Assembly (NCBI GenBank): GCA_037142675.1
Contig: JBAXAF010000003.1
Span: forward strand, 3,717 to 67,716
Reading direction: 5' to 3'
DNA from: Candidatus Berkelbacteria bacterium
GTDB taxonomy: Bacteria > Patescibacteriota > UBA1384 > XYA2-FULL-43-10 > CAINNR01
Length of the DNA: 64,000 nt
This document shows, in pieces, positions 8,745 through 19,786 of this stretch; the first letter of the stretch is position 1, and each line of letters starts with the position of its first letter. The position numbers were made by a program, and so were the translations under genes. The notes under the pieces are model-generated. The model worked only from the letters and a program-made list of their open reading frames with translations. It was not told the DNA's origin and made no database searches.

Positions 8745-11258
8745 CTATTTCTTTAAGACGACTTTTTGATTGACTAAGTATGCTTTAATTTTATCACCAG
8801 AAACGAATTTACCACTAATAATTGCCTCGGAAATAGGATCTTCTAGTCTGTCTGTTATCACTCGGCGGATGGGACGTGCTCCAAATTCATCTGAGTATCC
8901 TGTTTCTGAGATTATTTTCTTAATATCGCTGCCAATTGTTAGCAGTATCCCCTGTTTCTTCATTCTCTTGGCAAGTTCCCCTAGATTCAATTCGACAATT
9001 TTTGTGATAGAAGATTTATCAAGTTGATGAAAAACAATAATTGAATCAAGTCGATTGACAAACTCAGGTTTGAGTTCTTTTTTTATGGTTTCCATAACCA
9101 TGTTTTTCATGGCTTCGTGTTGTGACTCGGAACTTGTATTTGAATGAAAGCCAATTTCTTCGGCACGTTTTAGCTCTGAGGTTCCCAAGTTCGAAGTCAT
9201 AATTATTACCGTATTTCTAAAGTTTACTTGGCGGCCCTTGGCGTCTGTTAAGTATCCATCTTCTAGAATTTGTAGCAGAATGTTGAAAACTTCTGGGTGG
9301 GCCTTCTCAATTTCGTCGAATAACACAATTGAATATGGCTTGCGGCGGACTGCCTCTGTTAGTTTACCACCGTCGTCATAACCAATGTAACCAGCCGGTG
9401 CGCCTACCAGCCGCGAAACATTATGTTTTTCCATAAATTCCGACATATCAATTTTAATTAAATTGTCTTCGGAGCCGAAAAGCTGTTTGGCCAAGGTTTT
9501 GGACAGGTGAGTTTTGCCGACACCAGTGGGTCCCAAGAACAAATACGATCCAATCGGGCGATCTGGGTCTGAGATCCCTGCTCGGTTGCGGCGGATGGAC
9601 TTGGAAATAATTGATACAGCTTCGTCTTGGCCAATAACAAACTTTTTCAATCTTTCCTCAAGATTCAAATAACGCTTTCTCTCATCGAGCGACAAATTCT
9701 CGACTTGAATACCAGTCCAGCGAGAAACTATTTTGGCAATATCACTGGCGTCGATAGTTTGTTTTTTTTGACTGGCACTAGTTTTTTCAAGTTCTGATAT
9801 TTTGTCTGACAATAATATTTCTTCTTCGCGAAAATGAGTTGCAGATTCGTAATTTTCAGTCATTACCGCTTCTTCTTTTTTGGATTGGACATCGGCTAAT
9901 TTTGATTGAAGTTTCGCCAGCTTGGTACTTTCGGGGGTGACTATGTTGGTGGCAGCTGCAGCTTCATCAATTAAATCAATCGCCTTGTCTGGTAAAAATC
10001 TATCTGTAATGTAGCGTTCGGAAAGTTCGGTGGCGGCAATTAAAGAGTCTGGAGTAAATTTAACACCGTGGTGCTGTTCGTATTTTTGTTTTAGTCCACG
10101 GAGAATTTTTATTGTGTCATTCACAGATGGTTCTGGAACCTGGACAATTTGGAATCTTCTTTCGTAAGCCGGATCCTTTTCAATATGCTTTTTGTATTCA
10201 TCAAAAGTAGTGGCGCCGATTACTTGAAACTCACTTTTAGTTAAAATTGGTTTGAGCATGTTGGCAGTATCGAGTGATCCTTCTGCTGAACCGGTACCAA
10301 CGGTTGTGTGGATTTCATCGATAAAGAGAATAATTTTGCCAATTTTTTTAATTTCGGCTAGCAATTTTTTCACTCTGCTCTCGAACTGTCCGCGGTACAT
10401 AGTCCCCGCCAGAAGAGATCCTAAATCAAGTGATAAAATAGTTTTTCCTATTAAGGTTTGAGGAACGCTACCGTCTACGATTTTTCTGGCCAAGCCCTCA
10501 ACAATAGCAGTTTTGCCTACGCCAGACTCACCCACAAGTAGCGGATTATTTTTTGTTCTTCTAGACAGTATTTGTGCTACACGTTCAATTTCCGGACCCC
10601 TGCCAATTAGGGGGTCAAGCTGGTTGCCCTTGGCTTGAAGCGTAAGGTTGGTTGTGTATTGCTCGAGGAAAGTTTTTTCAATCTCGGCAGTTTTGGTTTT
10701 TCCCGATGGATCATTCATGTCGCCAGCAAATTCATCTCCCGGCATATCTCCGATGTTTGGTATGTCAAAGCCCATTGATTGATCATTATTCAGCGAGCCA
10801 GAAGCTTTGGATATTTCATTAAAAATCGATGTGATTTGCTCGGCAATTCTTTCGGGCTTGATACCAATTCTCTCAATTATGCTGTAAGAATTTAGTTTTG
10901 AATCTGACAAAAGAGCCAGGAGTAAATGCTCCGCGTCAACAACCATATGGTTATAGCCGGCTGCTATTCTAACGGCGCCTTGCATTACATTTTTTGCATC
11001 AACGGAGATTGCCGGAGTATCTTGTTTTTCACTTTGATTACTGACAAGTTTGGCAATAATTGAAACCTTTTCCGGCAGAATTTCTAGTGAATTTAAAATA
11101 TCAGAAGCCAATGTTCCTTTGGTTAAAACTAGCGCCAAAAGCATATCTTCGGTATCGAGCGGCTTAGCGGAATCTTTAGCTATCCGCTCGGCCAACACCA
11201 AGATTTTGCGTAAGTTATCCGAGAATTTTCCAAAAATATTTGGGTCCATAATAATCAA
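8745..11258 (-). CDS. clpC: ATP-dependent Clp protease ATP-binding subunit, ClpC-type (two AAA+ modules, short M-domain, IGF-type ClpP-binding loop).
   Basis: Two Clp_N repeats. Walker A motifs [15 protein letters not shown] and [15 protein letters not shown]. Short linker between NBD1 and NBD2. The EEIGFH loop aligns with the ClpP-docking (V/I)GF loop. Confidence 0.8.
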   Translation of the reverse strand: MIIMDPNIFGKFSDNLRKILVLAERIAKDSAKPLDTEDMLLALVLTKGTLASDILNSLEILPEKVSIIAKLVSNQSEKQDTPAISVDAKNVMQGAVRIAAGYNHMVVDAEHLLLALLSDSKLNSYSIIERIGIKPERIAEQITSIFNEISKASGSLNNDQSMGFDIPNIGDMPGDEFAGDMNDPSGKTKTAEIEKTFLEQYTTNLTLQAKGNQLDPLIGRGPEIERVAQILSRRTKNNPLLVGESGVGKTAIVEGLARKIVDGSVPQTLIGKTILSLDLGSLLAGTMYRGQFESRVKKLLAEIKKIGKIILFIDEIHTTVGTGSAEGSLDTANMLKPILTKSEFQVIGATTFDEYKKHIEKDPAYERRFQIVQVPEPSVNDTIKILRGLKQKYEQHHGVKFTPDSLIAATELSERYITDRFLPDKAIDLIDEAAAATNIVTPESTKLAKLQSKLADVQSKKEEAVMTENYESATHFREEEILLSDKISELEKTSASQKKQTIDASDIAKIVSRWTGIQVENLSLDERKRYLNLEERLKKFVIGQDEAVSIISKSIRRNRAGISDPDRPIGSYLFLGPTGVGKTHLSKTLAKQLFGSEDNLIKIDMSEFMEKHNVSRLVGAPAGYIGYDDGGKLTEAVRRKPYSIVLFDEIEKAHPEVFNILLQILEDGYLTDAKGRQVNFRNTVIIMTSNLGTSELKRAEEIGFHSNTSSESQHEAMKNMVMETIKKELKPEFVNRLDSIIVFHQLDKSSITKIVELNLGELAKRMKKQGILLTIGSDIKKIISETGYSDEFGARPIRRVITDRLEDPISEAIISGKFVSGDKIKAYLVNQKVVLKK

Positions 11259-11298
11259 CTAATAACTAATAGTGAATAACGAATGGCTATTGAAATGA

Positions 11299-12489
11299 CT
11301 ATTTTGAATCGGAGTCTATTGTTTCTTCAATCTTCTCGGCGTCTTTGTCTGTTGATTCTACTGATTCTTCCTTAATAATCTCCTCTTTTTCAACGGTGAC
11401 AGCTTTGTCGCTGGCGTCCGCATCTTTGGTAGTACTGCCTGATCCTTCGGCCTTTTCGATATCAATTCCCCAACCAGCCAATTTTGAGGCTAATCGAACA
11501 TTCTGTCCGTTCTTACCGATAGCAAGTGATAATGAATCTTCTGGGACATAAACAATGGCCTTATTGTCCTTTGAAGAAATAACTATTTTTTCGCATTTAG
11601 CGGGAGAAAGTGCATTCATAATAAATCTTTCAACGTCTTCGTCCCAAAGAATAATATCGATTTTCTCATCACCGATTTCGGCTAACACTGATTGAACTCT
11701 GGTTCCCCGCTGTCCAACGCATGATCCTATAGGGTCAATATTTTCATCGGTGGCAATAACTGCCATTTTGGTACGGGAGCCAGCTTCACGAGCTAGACTT
11801 TTAATCTCAACTGTTCCATTTGCGATTTCCGGCACTTCGAGCTCGAACAATCCTTTAATCAGTCCTTCGTCGGCACGCGAAACTAGAATTTGTGGGCCAC
11901 GGGATGTTTGCGCAACTTCCTTAATATAGACTTTCAGGCGCTGGCCAACATAATAACGTTCATCGCGAATCTGATCGCTTGGGAACATCACGGCATTCAC
12001 TTTTCCAAGAGAAACGATAACATTTTTGCCTTCAATTTGCTGGACTGAACCATTTCCGATTGTATGTTCGCGATCCTTAAATTCTGTGAAGATCATATCG
12101 CGTTCTGCTTCTCTGATCCGTTGAATTATAACCTGTTTGGCAGTTTGAGCTGCAATTCGTCCAAAAGTTTCTTCCTTTGGAAGTGGCTCAATAATTTCGT
12201 CGCCCAGGACGGCTTTTTTATTGTCTTTCTTTGCGTCGGTTAATGATATTTCTGCTTCTGGATTTTCTAATTCTTCATCATCAACAACTGTTGTAACTTG
12301 AAACATTTCGGCTTCGCCGGTTTTTGGATCCATTTTAGCTCGAATTACTTGTCGTGGTTTGCCGTAATCTTTTCTGTAAGCTGCAGCTAGAGCAGCCTCA
12401 ACGGTGGATATTACAGTTTCAATATCTAGACCTTTTTCTTCACAAAGCTCTTGAATTGCTTCCATGAAATTTACATTGTCTCCAGTCAT
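11299..12489 (-). CDS. nusA: Transcription termination/antitermination factor NusA.
   Basis: N-terminal NusA domain, S1 and tandem KH domains, and an acidic C-terminal tail. 396 aa. Confidence 0.85.
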   Translation of the reverse strand: MTGDNVNFMEAIQELCEEKGLDIETVISTVEAALAAAYRKDYGKPRQVIRAKMDPKTGEAEMFQVTTVVDDEELENPEAEISLTDAKKDNKKAVLGDEIIEPLPKEETFGRIAAQTAKQVIIQRIREAERDMIFTEFKDREHTIGNGSVQQIEGKNVIVSLGKVNAVMFPSDQIRDERYYVGQRLKVYIKEVAQTSRGPQILVSRADEGLIKGLFELEVPEIANGTVEIKSLAREAGSRTKMAVIATDENIDPIGSCVGQRGTRVQSVLAEIGDEKIDIILWDEDVERFIMNALSPAKCEKIVISSKDNKAIVYVPEDSLSLAIGKNGQNVRLASKLAGWGIDIEKAEGSGSTTKDADASDKAVTVEKEEIIKEESVESTDKDAEKIEETIDSDSK

Positions 12490-12520
12490 TTTTCTCCTTC
12501 TTCTTATTAAGTTGTAATTC

Positions 12521-12610
12521 TAACACGGATCAACTACACGGATTGACACGGAATAAAAATGTATTATCCGTGAAAGTCCGTGTGATAAATCCGTGAATGA
12601 ATTTCCGTTT
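12521..12610. promoter_or_regulatory. Array of at least 6 short repeats of CACGGAT/ATCCGTG in both orientations, in the 5' region of nusA.
   Basis: Seen directly: acacggat..acacggat..acacggaa..atccgtg..tccgtgtg..atccgtg..ttccgtt within 90 bp upstream of the nusA start (minus strand). Confidence 0.45.
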
Positions 12611-12722
12611 ATGTATATTTTTTAAAAAAAGTGGCCACCGCAGGGTCACCACAATCCACATTTATATGATAGCAAGTGAGAGAAATTTTGTCAATATGCG
12701 GGCTTATCAGCTTTTAAAGAGT

Positions 12723-13562
12723 TTAATTAGCTAGTTTGTATTTAAACACTCGCCAAACAAGTTTTGGGAGAGCAATTTGGCGGCGATAACGCTTGGGCTC
12801 CAGTATTAAGCGCCACAACCACTCGAGTCCGATTGCCCTAACGAATTTTGGTGCTCTTTTGCGACGGCCAGCGAGAAAATCAAAAGTTCCACCAACACCA
12901 ATGCCGATTTTGGCGCCGGTTTTAACCAAATTCCGTTCGAGCCAGAGTTCTTCTGCTGGAACACCATAAGCGACAAATAAAATATCCGGCTTGTCCTTTT
13001 TCATCAATTCTAAAATTTTTGCCTCATCTTGTGGTTTTGGCGAACCTTCGTATGTGCCGGCAACTTTAAGCTGATAGATGTCAGTTTGCAGCTTTATTGC
13101 CGCTTGTTCCGGCACGGTTGGGTCGCCGCCAAGTAAAAAAATTCGCAAATCATTTTTGGCAGCATAATTTGACAGATCCCAAATGAAATCGGAGCCGGAA
13201 ATTCGCTCAGGGATTGGTTTTTTCAAATATTTTGGATACAAAATTATTGCGGCTAAGCTGGCAAAAAGTTTGGAAAAACCAATAATGTAGCGCAAAAATT
13301 TGTCTTTTGGTAAATTTAGCGATAAGAACTTTGCCGCCCAGAGAACGCCGATGCCATCGGCAAAGTTTAGTGAGGAATTATTTAGCATATCAAATACTGC
13401 GCTATCATTTAACGCTCGAAAGAGAAATTCAACATTGACAGTAGTAATGAAGATTGGTTTTTTTGTCGAAATTTTTTGGTCAATAAAACGAATTGATTCT
13501 TCCCTGCCGAAGGAATCGATTGGCACACCGAGAATATTAACTTTCTTGCGTGATATTTTCAT
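12723..13562 (-). CDS. WecB/TagA/CpsF-family glycosyltransferase (GT26).
   Basis: 279 aa with the typical GT26 C-terminal motifs (GVGGTFDFLAG...RAP.....GLEWLWRL..EP.R). Confidence 0.75.
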   Translation of the reverse strand: MKISRKKVNILGVPIDSFGREESIRFIDQKISTKKPIFITTVNVEFLFRALNDSAVFDMLNNSSLNFADGIGVLWAAKFLSLNLPKDKFLRYIIGFSKLFASLAAIILYPKYLKKPIPERISGSDFIWDLSNYAAKNDLRIFLLGGDPTVPEQAAIKLQTDIYQLKVAGTYEGSPKPQDEAKILELMKKDKPDILFVAYGVPAEELWLERNLVKTGAKIGIGVGGTFDFLAGRRKRAPKFVRAIGLEWLWRLILEPKRYRRQIALPKLVWRVFKYKLAN

Positions 13563-13769
13563 TGGTTTTGGTTAGTTTGTTTAGGGACAAGGAACTTAAT
13601 TTGCGAAGGCAGTTCCCTATCCCTAAGACCCAACCCTCGCCACGCTATAAGCGGAATCTTTGCCGGGGCAGACACTCCAATATTTGGTCGCTTTGCTCCC
13701 GCCCCCAGGGTCACTTTGGAAGAGACAGTATCGGGCTCTACTCAGCGGCAAAGTTACTGTGAAATCAAT

Positions 13770-14894
13770 TTATAATTTTTTTTCTAATTCTTCATATTTA
13801 TCATTAACGAATTTTTTAAACCTCTCGGTGAAAACTTCCTCTGAAAACTTTTTAGCTTGATCCTTGCAATCAGTAGTTTTGTATTTGGAATACTCTTTTT
13901 CAAATCTGATGATAGTTTTTTTCAACGGTTCGGTTGTTGCAAAATCATCGAAAAATTCGCCAGTTTTGCCCTCCATTACGGTTTCAGTTGCTCCGCCTGC
14001 GCGGTATGCTATTACCGGTCGTCCCGCTGCCATCGCCTCAACTGGTGTCAGGCCAAAATCATCTTCACCCGGGAACAAGAATGCGCGACAACCGTAAATA
14101 TAATTATTTCTTTCGTTGTCACTTTGCCAGCCAAGAAATTTGACTGTCTCCCCTGCCAGCGATTGTAGTCTTTTTTTGTCTGCGCCCTCACCGATAATAT
14201 ACAGAGGCAGTTTAAGTTGGTTGAATACATTTATTGCTAAATCAATATTTTTATATTGAGTCAGGCGGGAAACGATTAGATAATATTCGCCGGGCTTGCG
14301 GTTATTCTTTAGAAGCTCATTGATATCAGTTGGCGGATAAATTACCGCGGCGTCTCGGCGGTAATATTTTTTAATTCTCTTAGCTACGGTTTTGGAAATC
14401 GCAACCCACTCATCGGTTCGCTGGCTAGCGTAATAATCCCATTCACGAAGTTTTGATATTAGGCTGCGAATGTACATACCCGCTAAACCAAAACCAATTT
14501 TATTTTCATCCATATATTTGTGGGTCCAGTCCCATGCGTAACGCATTGGGGAGTAGCAATAAGTAATGTGCAGAGTATTTGGTCGGGTAATAACACCGTG
14601 AGCAAACGAATTGCTTGAAGAAATCACAACATCAAATTCAGAAAAATCAAACTCTTCAATTGCTTGTGGGTATTTAGATAATAATAAACGAGATCTTTTT
14701 CGAATAAAATTTGGTAATTTCTGCAGCCTTGATGGCCGGATGTCATATCCAACCGAGAATTGTTTTTTTGTCCCGGCTTCATCATATAATAAAGTATATA
14801 TTGGCGCATCGGGGTAGATATTATGAAGAGTCATCAAAACGCGCTCAGCTCCACCGACTTTAGTAATGTAATCATGCACAATAGCGATTTTCAT
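13770..14894 (-). CDS. Glycosyltransferase family 4 (GT-B fold).
   Basis: 374 aa. Motif EDDFGLTPVEAMAAGRPVIA is the GT4/GT1 nucleotide-sugar-binding motif (E-x7-E). Confidence 0.75.
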   Translation of the reverse strand: MKIAIVHDYITKVGGAERVLMTLHNIYPDAPIYTLLYDEAGTKKQFSVGYDIRPSRLQKLPNFIRKRSRLLLSKYPQAIEEFDFSEFDVVISSSNSFAHGVITRPNTLHITYCYSPMRYAWDWTHKYMDENKIGFGLAGMYIRSLISKLREWDYYASQRTDEWVAISKTVAKRIKKYYRRDAAVIYPPTDINELLKNNRKPGEYYLIVSRLTQYKNIDLAINVFNQLKLPLYIIGEGADKKRLQSLAGETVKFLGWQSDNERNNYIYGCRAFLFPGEDDFGLTPVEAMAAGRPVIAYRAGGATETVMEGKTGEFFDDFATTEPLKKTIIRFEKEYSKYKTTDCKDQAKKFSEEVFTERFKKFVNDKYEELEKKL

Positions 14895-15009
14895 AATAAT
14901 TTCTAAATCCTAATATCTAATTTAAAATAAAATTCCTAATGATTAAATTTCTAACTTGAGATTTGGTTTTTGATATTTCATTTGACATTAGTAATTCGAG
15001 ATTAGTTAT

Positions 15010-16104
15010 TTAGTTTTGACTTCCGGTCAAAACTTTAAGCGTTGTTCTGGCGCAATTGTCCCAACTATATTTCAATAATTCTTTTTGGCCCGCCCGAACA
15101 AGTTTTCTGGACAGCTCGGGTTTATTTAATATTTGGCTCATGGCGGCGGCAATTTCAAAAGGTTTTTTCGGATTTACTAAAATAGCGCCACTTCCAGCCA
15201 CTTCCGGCATGGATGAGAAACGTGAAGTTACAACTGGAATTTCTGCGGCAAAAGCTTCCAAAATCGGAAATCCAAATCCTTCAAACAACGATGGAAAAGC
15301 GAAAAGCGTCGCACCCCCATACAATGCATTTCTGTCGGCGTCGGAAACGAATCCGGTCTCGATAATATCTTCTGCAAATTTTGAACCGCTGATCTCTTTT
15401 CTGATTTCTTCATAGCCAAAACCTGGGCTACCAACCAAGACTAGTTTTTCTTTGACCTCTCTCTCACTTCGCAGCATTGTGTAGGCTTTAATCAGATTGA
15501 TGATATTTTTTTTAGATTCTAGCCGTCCGACAAAAAGAATATATTTCTCACCAATTTTATTTTGTAACTCGATTGATAGTTTTGCCTCGGATTGCTCAAA
15601 GTTAAAACCCATTGGTACAAATTTAATTAACTTTGCCGACCTGGGATAGAACTTCTTTAAATCTGATTCGGTTGATTTTGAATACACTATAATACGAGCT
15701 TTTTTCGTGATTGCGCGACGGATTGAAAAATCTTGAGTTTTAATTTCATTTTTAGAATATACTTCTGGAAAATATCTCCAGGCCAAGTCGTGAATAGTAA
15801 TCACTGAAATCTTTCCGGAGATTGTTGGTAACATATGTGATGGAACAAATAAAACATCTGGTTTCTTCTTGACCATTTCCAGAGATAAGCCAACTTGGGT
15901 CCAATATTTTTTATTGGGAATAATTTTAACTGAAAAGTTTTTTGGGAAGTTGTCAAAACAACCGTTGTAATCAGATCCAACATACAGAGTATATTGATTT
16001 TTTCCATCAATCTGCGCCAATTCAAAAATCAAATTACGTGAATAATTTTCTGTTCCGGTTCGTTGTTTTTTTACCGCCCTTGAGGCGTCGATTCCAATTA
16101 TCAT
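15010..16104 (-). CDS. Glycosyltransferase family 4 (GT-B fold).
   Basis: 364 aa. Motif EGFGFPILEAFAAEIPVVTS is GT4-like. Its start overlaps the stop of the NUDIX gene. Confidence 0.75.
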   Translation of the reverse strand: MIIGIDASRAVKKQRTGTENYSRNLIFELAQIDGKNQYTLYVGSDYNGCFDNFPKNFSVKIIPNKKYWTQVGLSLEMVKKKPDVLFVPSHMLPTISGKISVITIHDLAWRYFPEVYSKNEIKTQDFSIRRAITKKARIIVYSKSTESDLKKFYPRSAKLIKFVPMGFNFEQSEAKLSIELQNKIGEKYILFVGRLESKKNIINLIKAYTMLRSEREVKEKLVLVGSPGFGYEEIRKEISGSKFAEDIIETGFVSDADRNALYGGATLFAFPSLFEGFGFPILEAFAAEIPVVTSRFSSMPEVAGSGAILVNPKKPFEIAAAMSQILNKPELSRKLVRAGQKELLKYSWDNCARTTLKVLTGSQN

Positions 16105-16628
16105 TTGAAGTAGTTTTTTGGTTTTTTACCCTGCAGAATATCATCAACCATGTAAATTTCTTCTTGGATACCAGCAATCAAGTCGTATTTTTTCAGTTCT
16201 TTTCGCTCGACCCAGGCAAAATCAACATCTTCGCCGCTTAACTTAACTTTTCCCTTTTTGAGCGGCGCATAAAAACTCAACGTGATGACCGGTGTATTGT
16301 CTGGCCGAATAAAGCAAAGATCTAGCAGAAAATCAATTTTCCCGACTTCCAAGCTAACTTCTTCTGAAATTTCACGTCGTAAGCTTTTTTCTAGTGAAAA
16401 ATACCAACAGCCATCTTCATTCGGTTTGTCATTTATGTAGTCATCAATTGCCAACCCACCACCGGGAACGGTCCATTTCCCGGGATAAACTTTTTTATTC
16501 ATCGAGCGCTTAGTAATCAAATATTTACCATTCCTGTGGATGATCGCGGTGGCAACAATTCGATGCAATTCTCGGTCTTTAATTTTTGAAAATTTCATAA
16601 TGGCTCCAAATATTATTCTCTGGCCCAA
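16101..16628 (-). CDS. NUDIX-family hydrolase. The Nudix box is degenerate. The start is probably the internal Met (MKFSKIK, near 16598).
   Basis: Nudix-like fold signature GGGLAIDDY...REISEEVSLEV with an insertion. The true start is uncertain because of overlap with the mreB stop. Confidence 0.5.
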   Translation of the reverse strand: MGQRIIFGAIMKFSKIKDRELHRIVATAIIHRNGKYLITKRSMNKKVYPGKWTVPGGGLAIDDYINDKPNEDGCWYFSLEKSLRREISEEVSLEVGKIDFLLDLCFIRPDNTPVITLSFYAPLKKGKVKLSGEDVDFAWVERKELKKYDLIAGIQEEIYMVDDILQGKKPKNYFK

Positions 16629-17620
16629 AGAACTGATTTTTTAAAAGCTTCCAAATGCTCAACGGCAATCCCGGCGCCTTTGACAACACAGGTTTCAGGA
16701 TCATCTGCAACTTGGCAAGGTACGCCCGTGACCTTGGTTAGGAGTGTGTCGATGTTTCGGAGTAATGCCCCGCCGCCGGAAATAATTATCCCCTTATCCA
16801 TAACGTCAGATGCAAGTTCGGGAGGAGTTTGTTGCAAAACACTCTTAACTGCGGCAATGATTTCCGCCAGAGGCGGCTTTATGGCTTTAACCAAGTCTTC
16901 GGCGGTAATAATAATGCTTTCAGGGAGTCCTGTGATGGCGTTAGAGCCGGAAACTTCCATTTTAGAATCTTTTTTTGGGTCAATGGCGTTGCCAATGCGT
17001 TTTTTAATTTCTTCTGCAGTTTGCTCGCCAACAACTAAATTATGCTTCTTGCGAATATATGCGGCAATTGCGGCATCTATTTTATTACCTCCAATGCGTG
17101 CAGAAGATGCGGCAACGACATCACCAAGTGCAATCACGGCCACTTCTGTAGTTCCGCCGCCAATATCTATAATCATATTACCGGAAGCAGTGGCAATTGG
17201 GATTCCGGCACCAAGAGCCGCGGCAATTGGTTGCTTTATTAAATATGCCTGCTTGGCACCAGCGGCTAGAGTTGCGTCAATAACGGCCCGTCGTTCAGTT
17301 GAGGTAATGCCAACTGGAACAGCAATCATGACTTCTGGTTTGCCGAGTCGGATACGACCAGAAACTTGATTTATAAAGTGCCGAAGCATGGTTTCTGAAA
17401 TATTATAATTTGCAATGACACCATCTTTTAAAGGATGGGCAGCAACAATACTATCTGGAGTGCGACCGATCATTTTTTTGGCTTCAGTCCCAATAGCGAC
17501 GATTTGATTGTTTTCGACTTGAAGCGCTACAACGGATGGCTCATTAACAACCACGCCCTTTTTGGGTATATAAACCAAAACATTTGTTGTGCCTAGGTCG
17601 ATGGCAATTCTTTTAGCCAT
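16613..17620 (-). CDS. mreB: Rod shape-determining actin homolog MreB.
   Basis: N-terminal IAIDLGTTN, and conserved phosphate-1/2 and adenosine motifs of MreB/actin-fold ATPases. 335 aa. Confidence 0.9.
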   Translation of the reverse strand: MAKRIAIDLGTTNVLVYIPKKGVVVNEPSVVALQVENNQIVAIGTEAKKMIGRTPDSIVAAHPLKDGVIANYNISETMLRHFINQVSGRIRLGKPEVMIAVPVGITSTERRAVIDATLAAGAKQAYLIKQPIAAALGAGIPIATASGNMIIDIGGGTTEVAVIALGDVVAASSARIGGNKIDAAIAAYIRKKHNLVVGEQTAEEIKKRIGNAIDPKKDSKMEVSGSNAITGLPESIIITAEDLVKAIKPPLAEIIAAVKSVLQQTPPELASDVMDKGIIISGGGALLRNIDTLLTKVTGVPCQVADDPETCVVKGAGIAVEHLEAFKKSVLWARE

Positions 17621-18912
17621 CAGTCTATCCTTTCAATCTCCGCCCCAAGAACTCGCAATCTAGTGTCCAAATTTTCGTAACCGCGATCAATATACTCGAT
17701 ATTACTGATAGTTGTAACTCCTCTGGCGCAAAGCGAAGCGATTACCAGCGCCGCGCCGCCGCGGATATCGGAAGATTCAATTTGCTGGCCGTGTAGTAGC
17801 ACTGGGCCATTTATTTCGATTAAATAAGGATTTAAAATATCAATTTTTGCGCCCATCTCAACTAACCATTTTGTGTAATCAAACCGTGAATTAAACAAGG
17901 TTTCGAATATGCGAGTTTTACCATTGGCCTGTGTGGCCAAAACTGCCAGAGGCGCTTGCAAATCGGTTGGCAGACCGGGGTACTGCCTAACATCGAGCTT
18001 GGAAGAATTTGGTGCGATGAGCTGACTGCGCTGGTTGATTACAATGTCGGCATGATCATTTTGCGTCGGAATAATATCAAAGTCGACTGACATCTCGGAA
18101 AACTTTGATAGTACTAAAGATAAATGGTCAGGAATGATATCTTTAATTTTTACTGTTCCACCGCAGACAGCGGCGGCGATCATGATTGTGCCGGCCTCTA
18201 TTCGGTCTGGCATTACTGTGTACTCCACGTCTGTTAATTTTTGGACGCCTTCAATTTTAATGGTATGAGTTCCAGCACCGGAAATTTTTGCTCCAGCTTT
18301 GTTCAAAAAATTTGCCAGGTCAACGATTTCCGGTTCGCAAGCCGCGACTTTAATAACAGTTTTCCCGCTACGTAAAACTGAAGCCATTATTATATTTTCA
18401 GTTGCTGTAACACTCATTTCAGAAAGAACAACTTCAATATCTCCTTTATGGAATTTCCCTTCTCCTTTAAGAAAAAATTTCTCTCCTTTGTCAGAAATCT
18501 CTACTGAAACGTCCATAGCCTCAAAAGCTTTTAAGTGAGTGTCTATTGGTCGTGACCCTATTAGGCAGCCTCCTGGTTCGGAGAAATGCGCACGTCCGAA
18601 TCGGGCCAACAGCGGGCCAATAATTACAACAGAACCACGAAGTTTTTTAATTGGGTTTTCATCAGGGGTGTATGATTTAACTTGGGCGGCGTCAATTATA
18701 AGGGTGTGGTCAGTATATTTAATTTGTGCTCCCAGACTCTTAATTACTTCCACCATTCTTTCGATATCAACAATTTTCGGTACATTGTGCAGAATTGTTT
18801 TACCAGGAATCATAACAGCAGCAGCCACCATTTTAAGGGCTGCGTTTTTGGCTCCGGAAACTTGAAAAGAGCCATTTAATTTGTTGCGACCTGTAATTCG
18901 AAATTTTGCCAT
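17620..18912 (-). CDS. murA: UDP-N-acetylglucosamine 1-carboxyvinyltransferase MurA.
   Basis: 430 aa EPT-fold enzyme, with the N-terminal FRITGRNKLNGSFQVSGAKNAALK motif typical of MurA. Confidence 0.88.
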   Translation of the reverse strand: MAKFRITGRNKLNGSFQVSGAKNAALKMVAAAVMIPGKTILHNVPKIVDIERMVEVIKSLGAQIKYTDHTLIIDAAQVKSYTPDENPIKKLRGSVVIIGPLLARFGRAHFSEPGGCLIGSRPIDTHLKAFEAMDVSVEISDKGEKFFLKGEGKFHKGDIEVVLSEMSVTATENIIMASVLRSGKTVIKVAACEPEIVDLANFLNKAGAKISGAGTHTIKIEGVQKLTDVEYTVMPDRIEAGTIMIAAAVCGGTVKIKDIIPDHLSLVLSKFSEMSVDFDIIPTQNDHADIVINQRSQLIAPNSSKLDVRQYPGLPTDLQAPLAVLATQANGKTRIFETLFNSRFDYTKWLVEMGAKIDILNPYLIEINGPVLLHGQQIESSDIRGGAALVIASLCARGVTTISNIEYIDRGYENLDTRLRVLGAEIERID

Positions 18913-19027
18913 AGTTTTATCCGCTTAGACCCCGAAACAAGTTCGGGATGACATAATAGTTTAGAAATCTATAATACAAATTATAGCGTCAATTTACAAT
19001 TTTATCAATACAAGCTAGAATAATTGT

Positions 19028-19756
19028 ATGAAAGAATATTTTCATAAACCACGCGACAAAAGACTAAGAGAAATTTTAATTGGTCAGGGCTCTGTTGGCA
19101 TAGTTATTATTTTAATATCAATATGCTTAGTTTTTTGGGGTTTAGGGTACAAGATCAATTGGCAAACGATGAAAATATCTCATACAGGTATTGTTTATAT
19201 ATCATTTGAACCGAATGACGCGACAGTTTTATTGTCCGGACAAGAGACAAAAGCAAAATCAACTTTTGATGCACAGTTATTGCCTGGATTTTACGATGTT
19301 GAGGTAAAAAAAGATGGATATAATACTTGGCGCCAGCATATAAAAATTACTGCTGACAAAGTTGACTGGTTCAAAAATATTACCTTATTTAAAGTTGACC
19401 CTGATATTTCTGTCATCACCGATCAAAATAGTATTAACTCAATTGACTCCCCATATGATTCCTTGGTAAAGAACCCTGAGGGCAATTTATCATTTAATGA
19501 CCATGAAATTTGGGTTGGTGACACTTTGGTCACGCGATTATCAAATCAGATTTCAGGAGTTATTTGGTACCCGGGAAATGAATATCTTGCTTACCAGCAA
19601 GGCGATGAAATTAGAATTATTGAGAAAAACGGCACTAACGATGTTTTGCTAGCAAAACTTTCAAATAGTGATAAATCCAACTTTATGTTTAGTTGGGATG
19701 GGTCATCGCTACTATATAAGGATGGCATAGTTTACCGAAGAGCAACTATTAGATAG
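19028..19756 (+). CDS. Membrane-anchored hypothetical protein with a PEGA-like domain.
   Basis: N-terminal TM helix (GIVIILISICLVFWGL). The LPGFYDVEVKKDGYNTWRQHIKI segment matches the PEGA-domain consensus. Confidence 0.5.
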   Translation: MKEYFHKPRDKRLREILIGQGSVGIVIILISICLVFWGLGYKINWQTMKISHTGIVYISFEPNDATVLLSGQETKAKSTFDAQLLPGFYDVEVKKDGYNTWRQHIKITADKVDWFKNITLFKVDPDISVITDQNSINSIDSPYDSLVKNPEGNLSFNDHEIWVGDTLVTRLSNQISGVIWYPGNEYLAYQQGDEIRIIEKNGTNDVLLAKLSNSDKSNFMFSWDGSSLLYKDGIVYRRATIR

Positions 19757-19786
19757 ATCATTGGCACTGATTGATGTGAGGGAAAA

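Noticed and set aside
16680-17369. 229-aa ORF antisense to mreB, plus many other 60-130-aa antisense or overlapping ORFs in the track (e.g. 2652-2909, 3848-4072, 5772-6002, 13857-14168, 22205-22591, 30291-30623, 61659-62054).
   Set aside because: They lie entirely within well-supported conserved genes on the opposite strand or in another frame. They have low-complexity or Ser/Cys/Pro-rich composition and no motifs.
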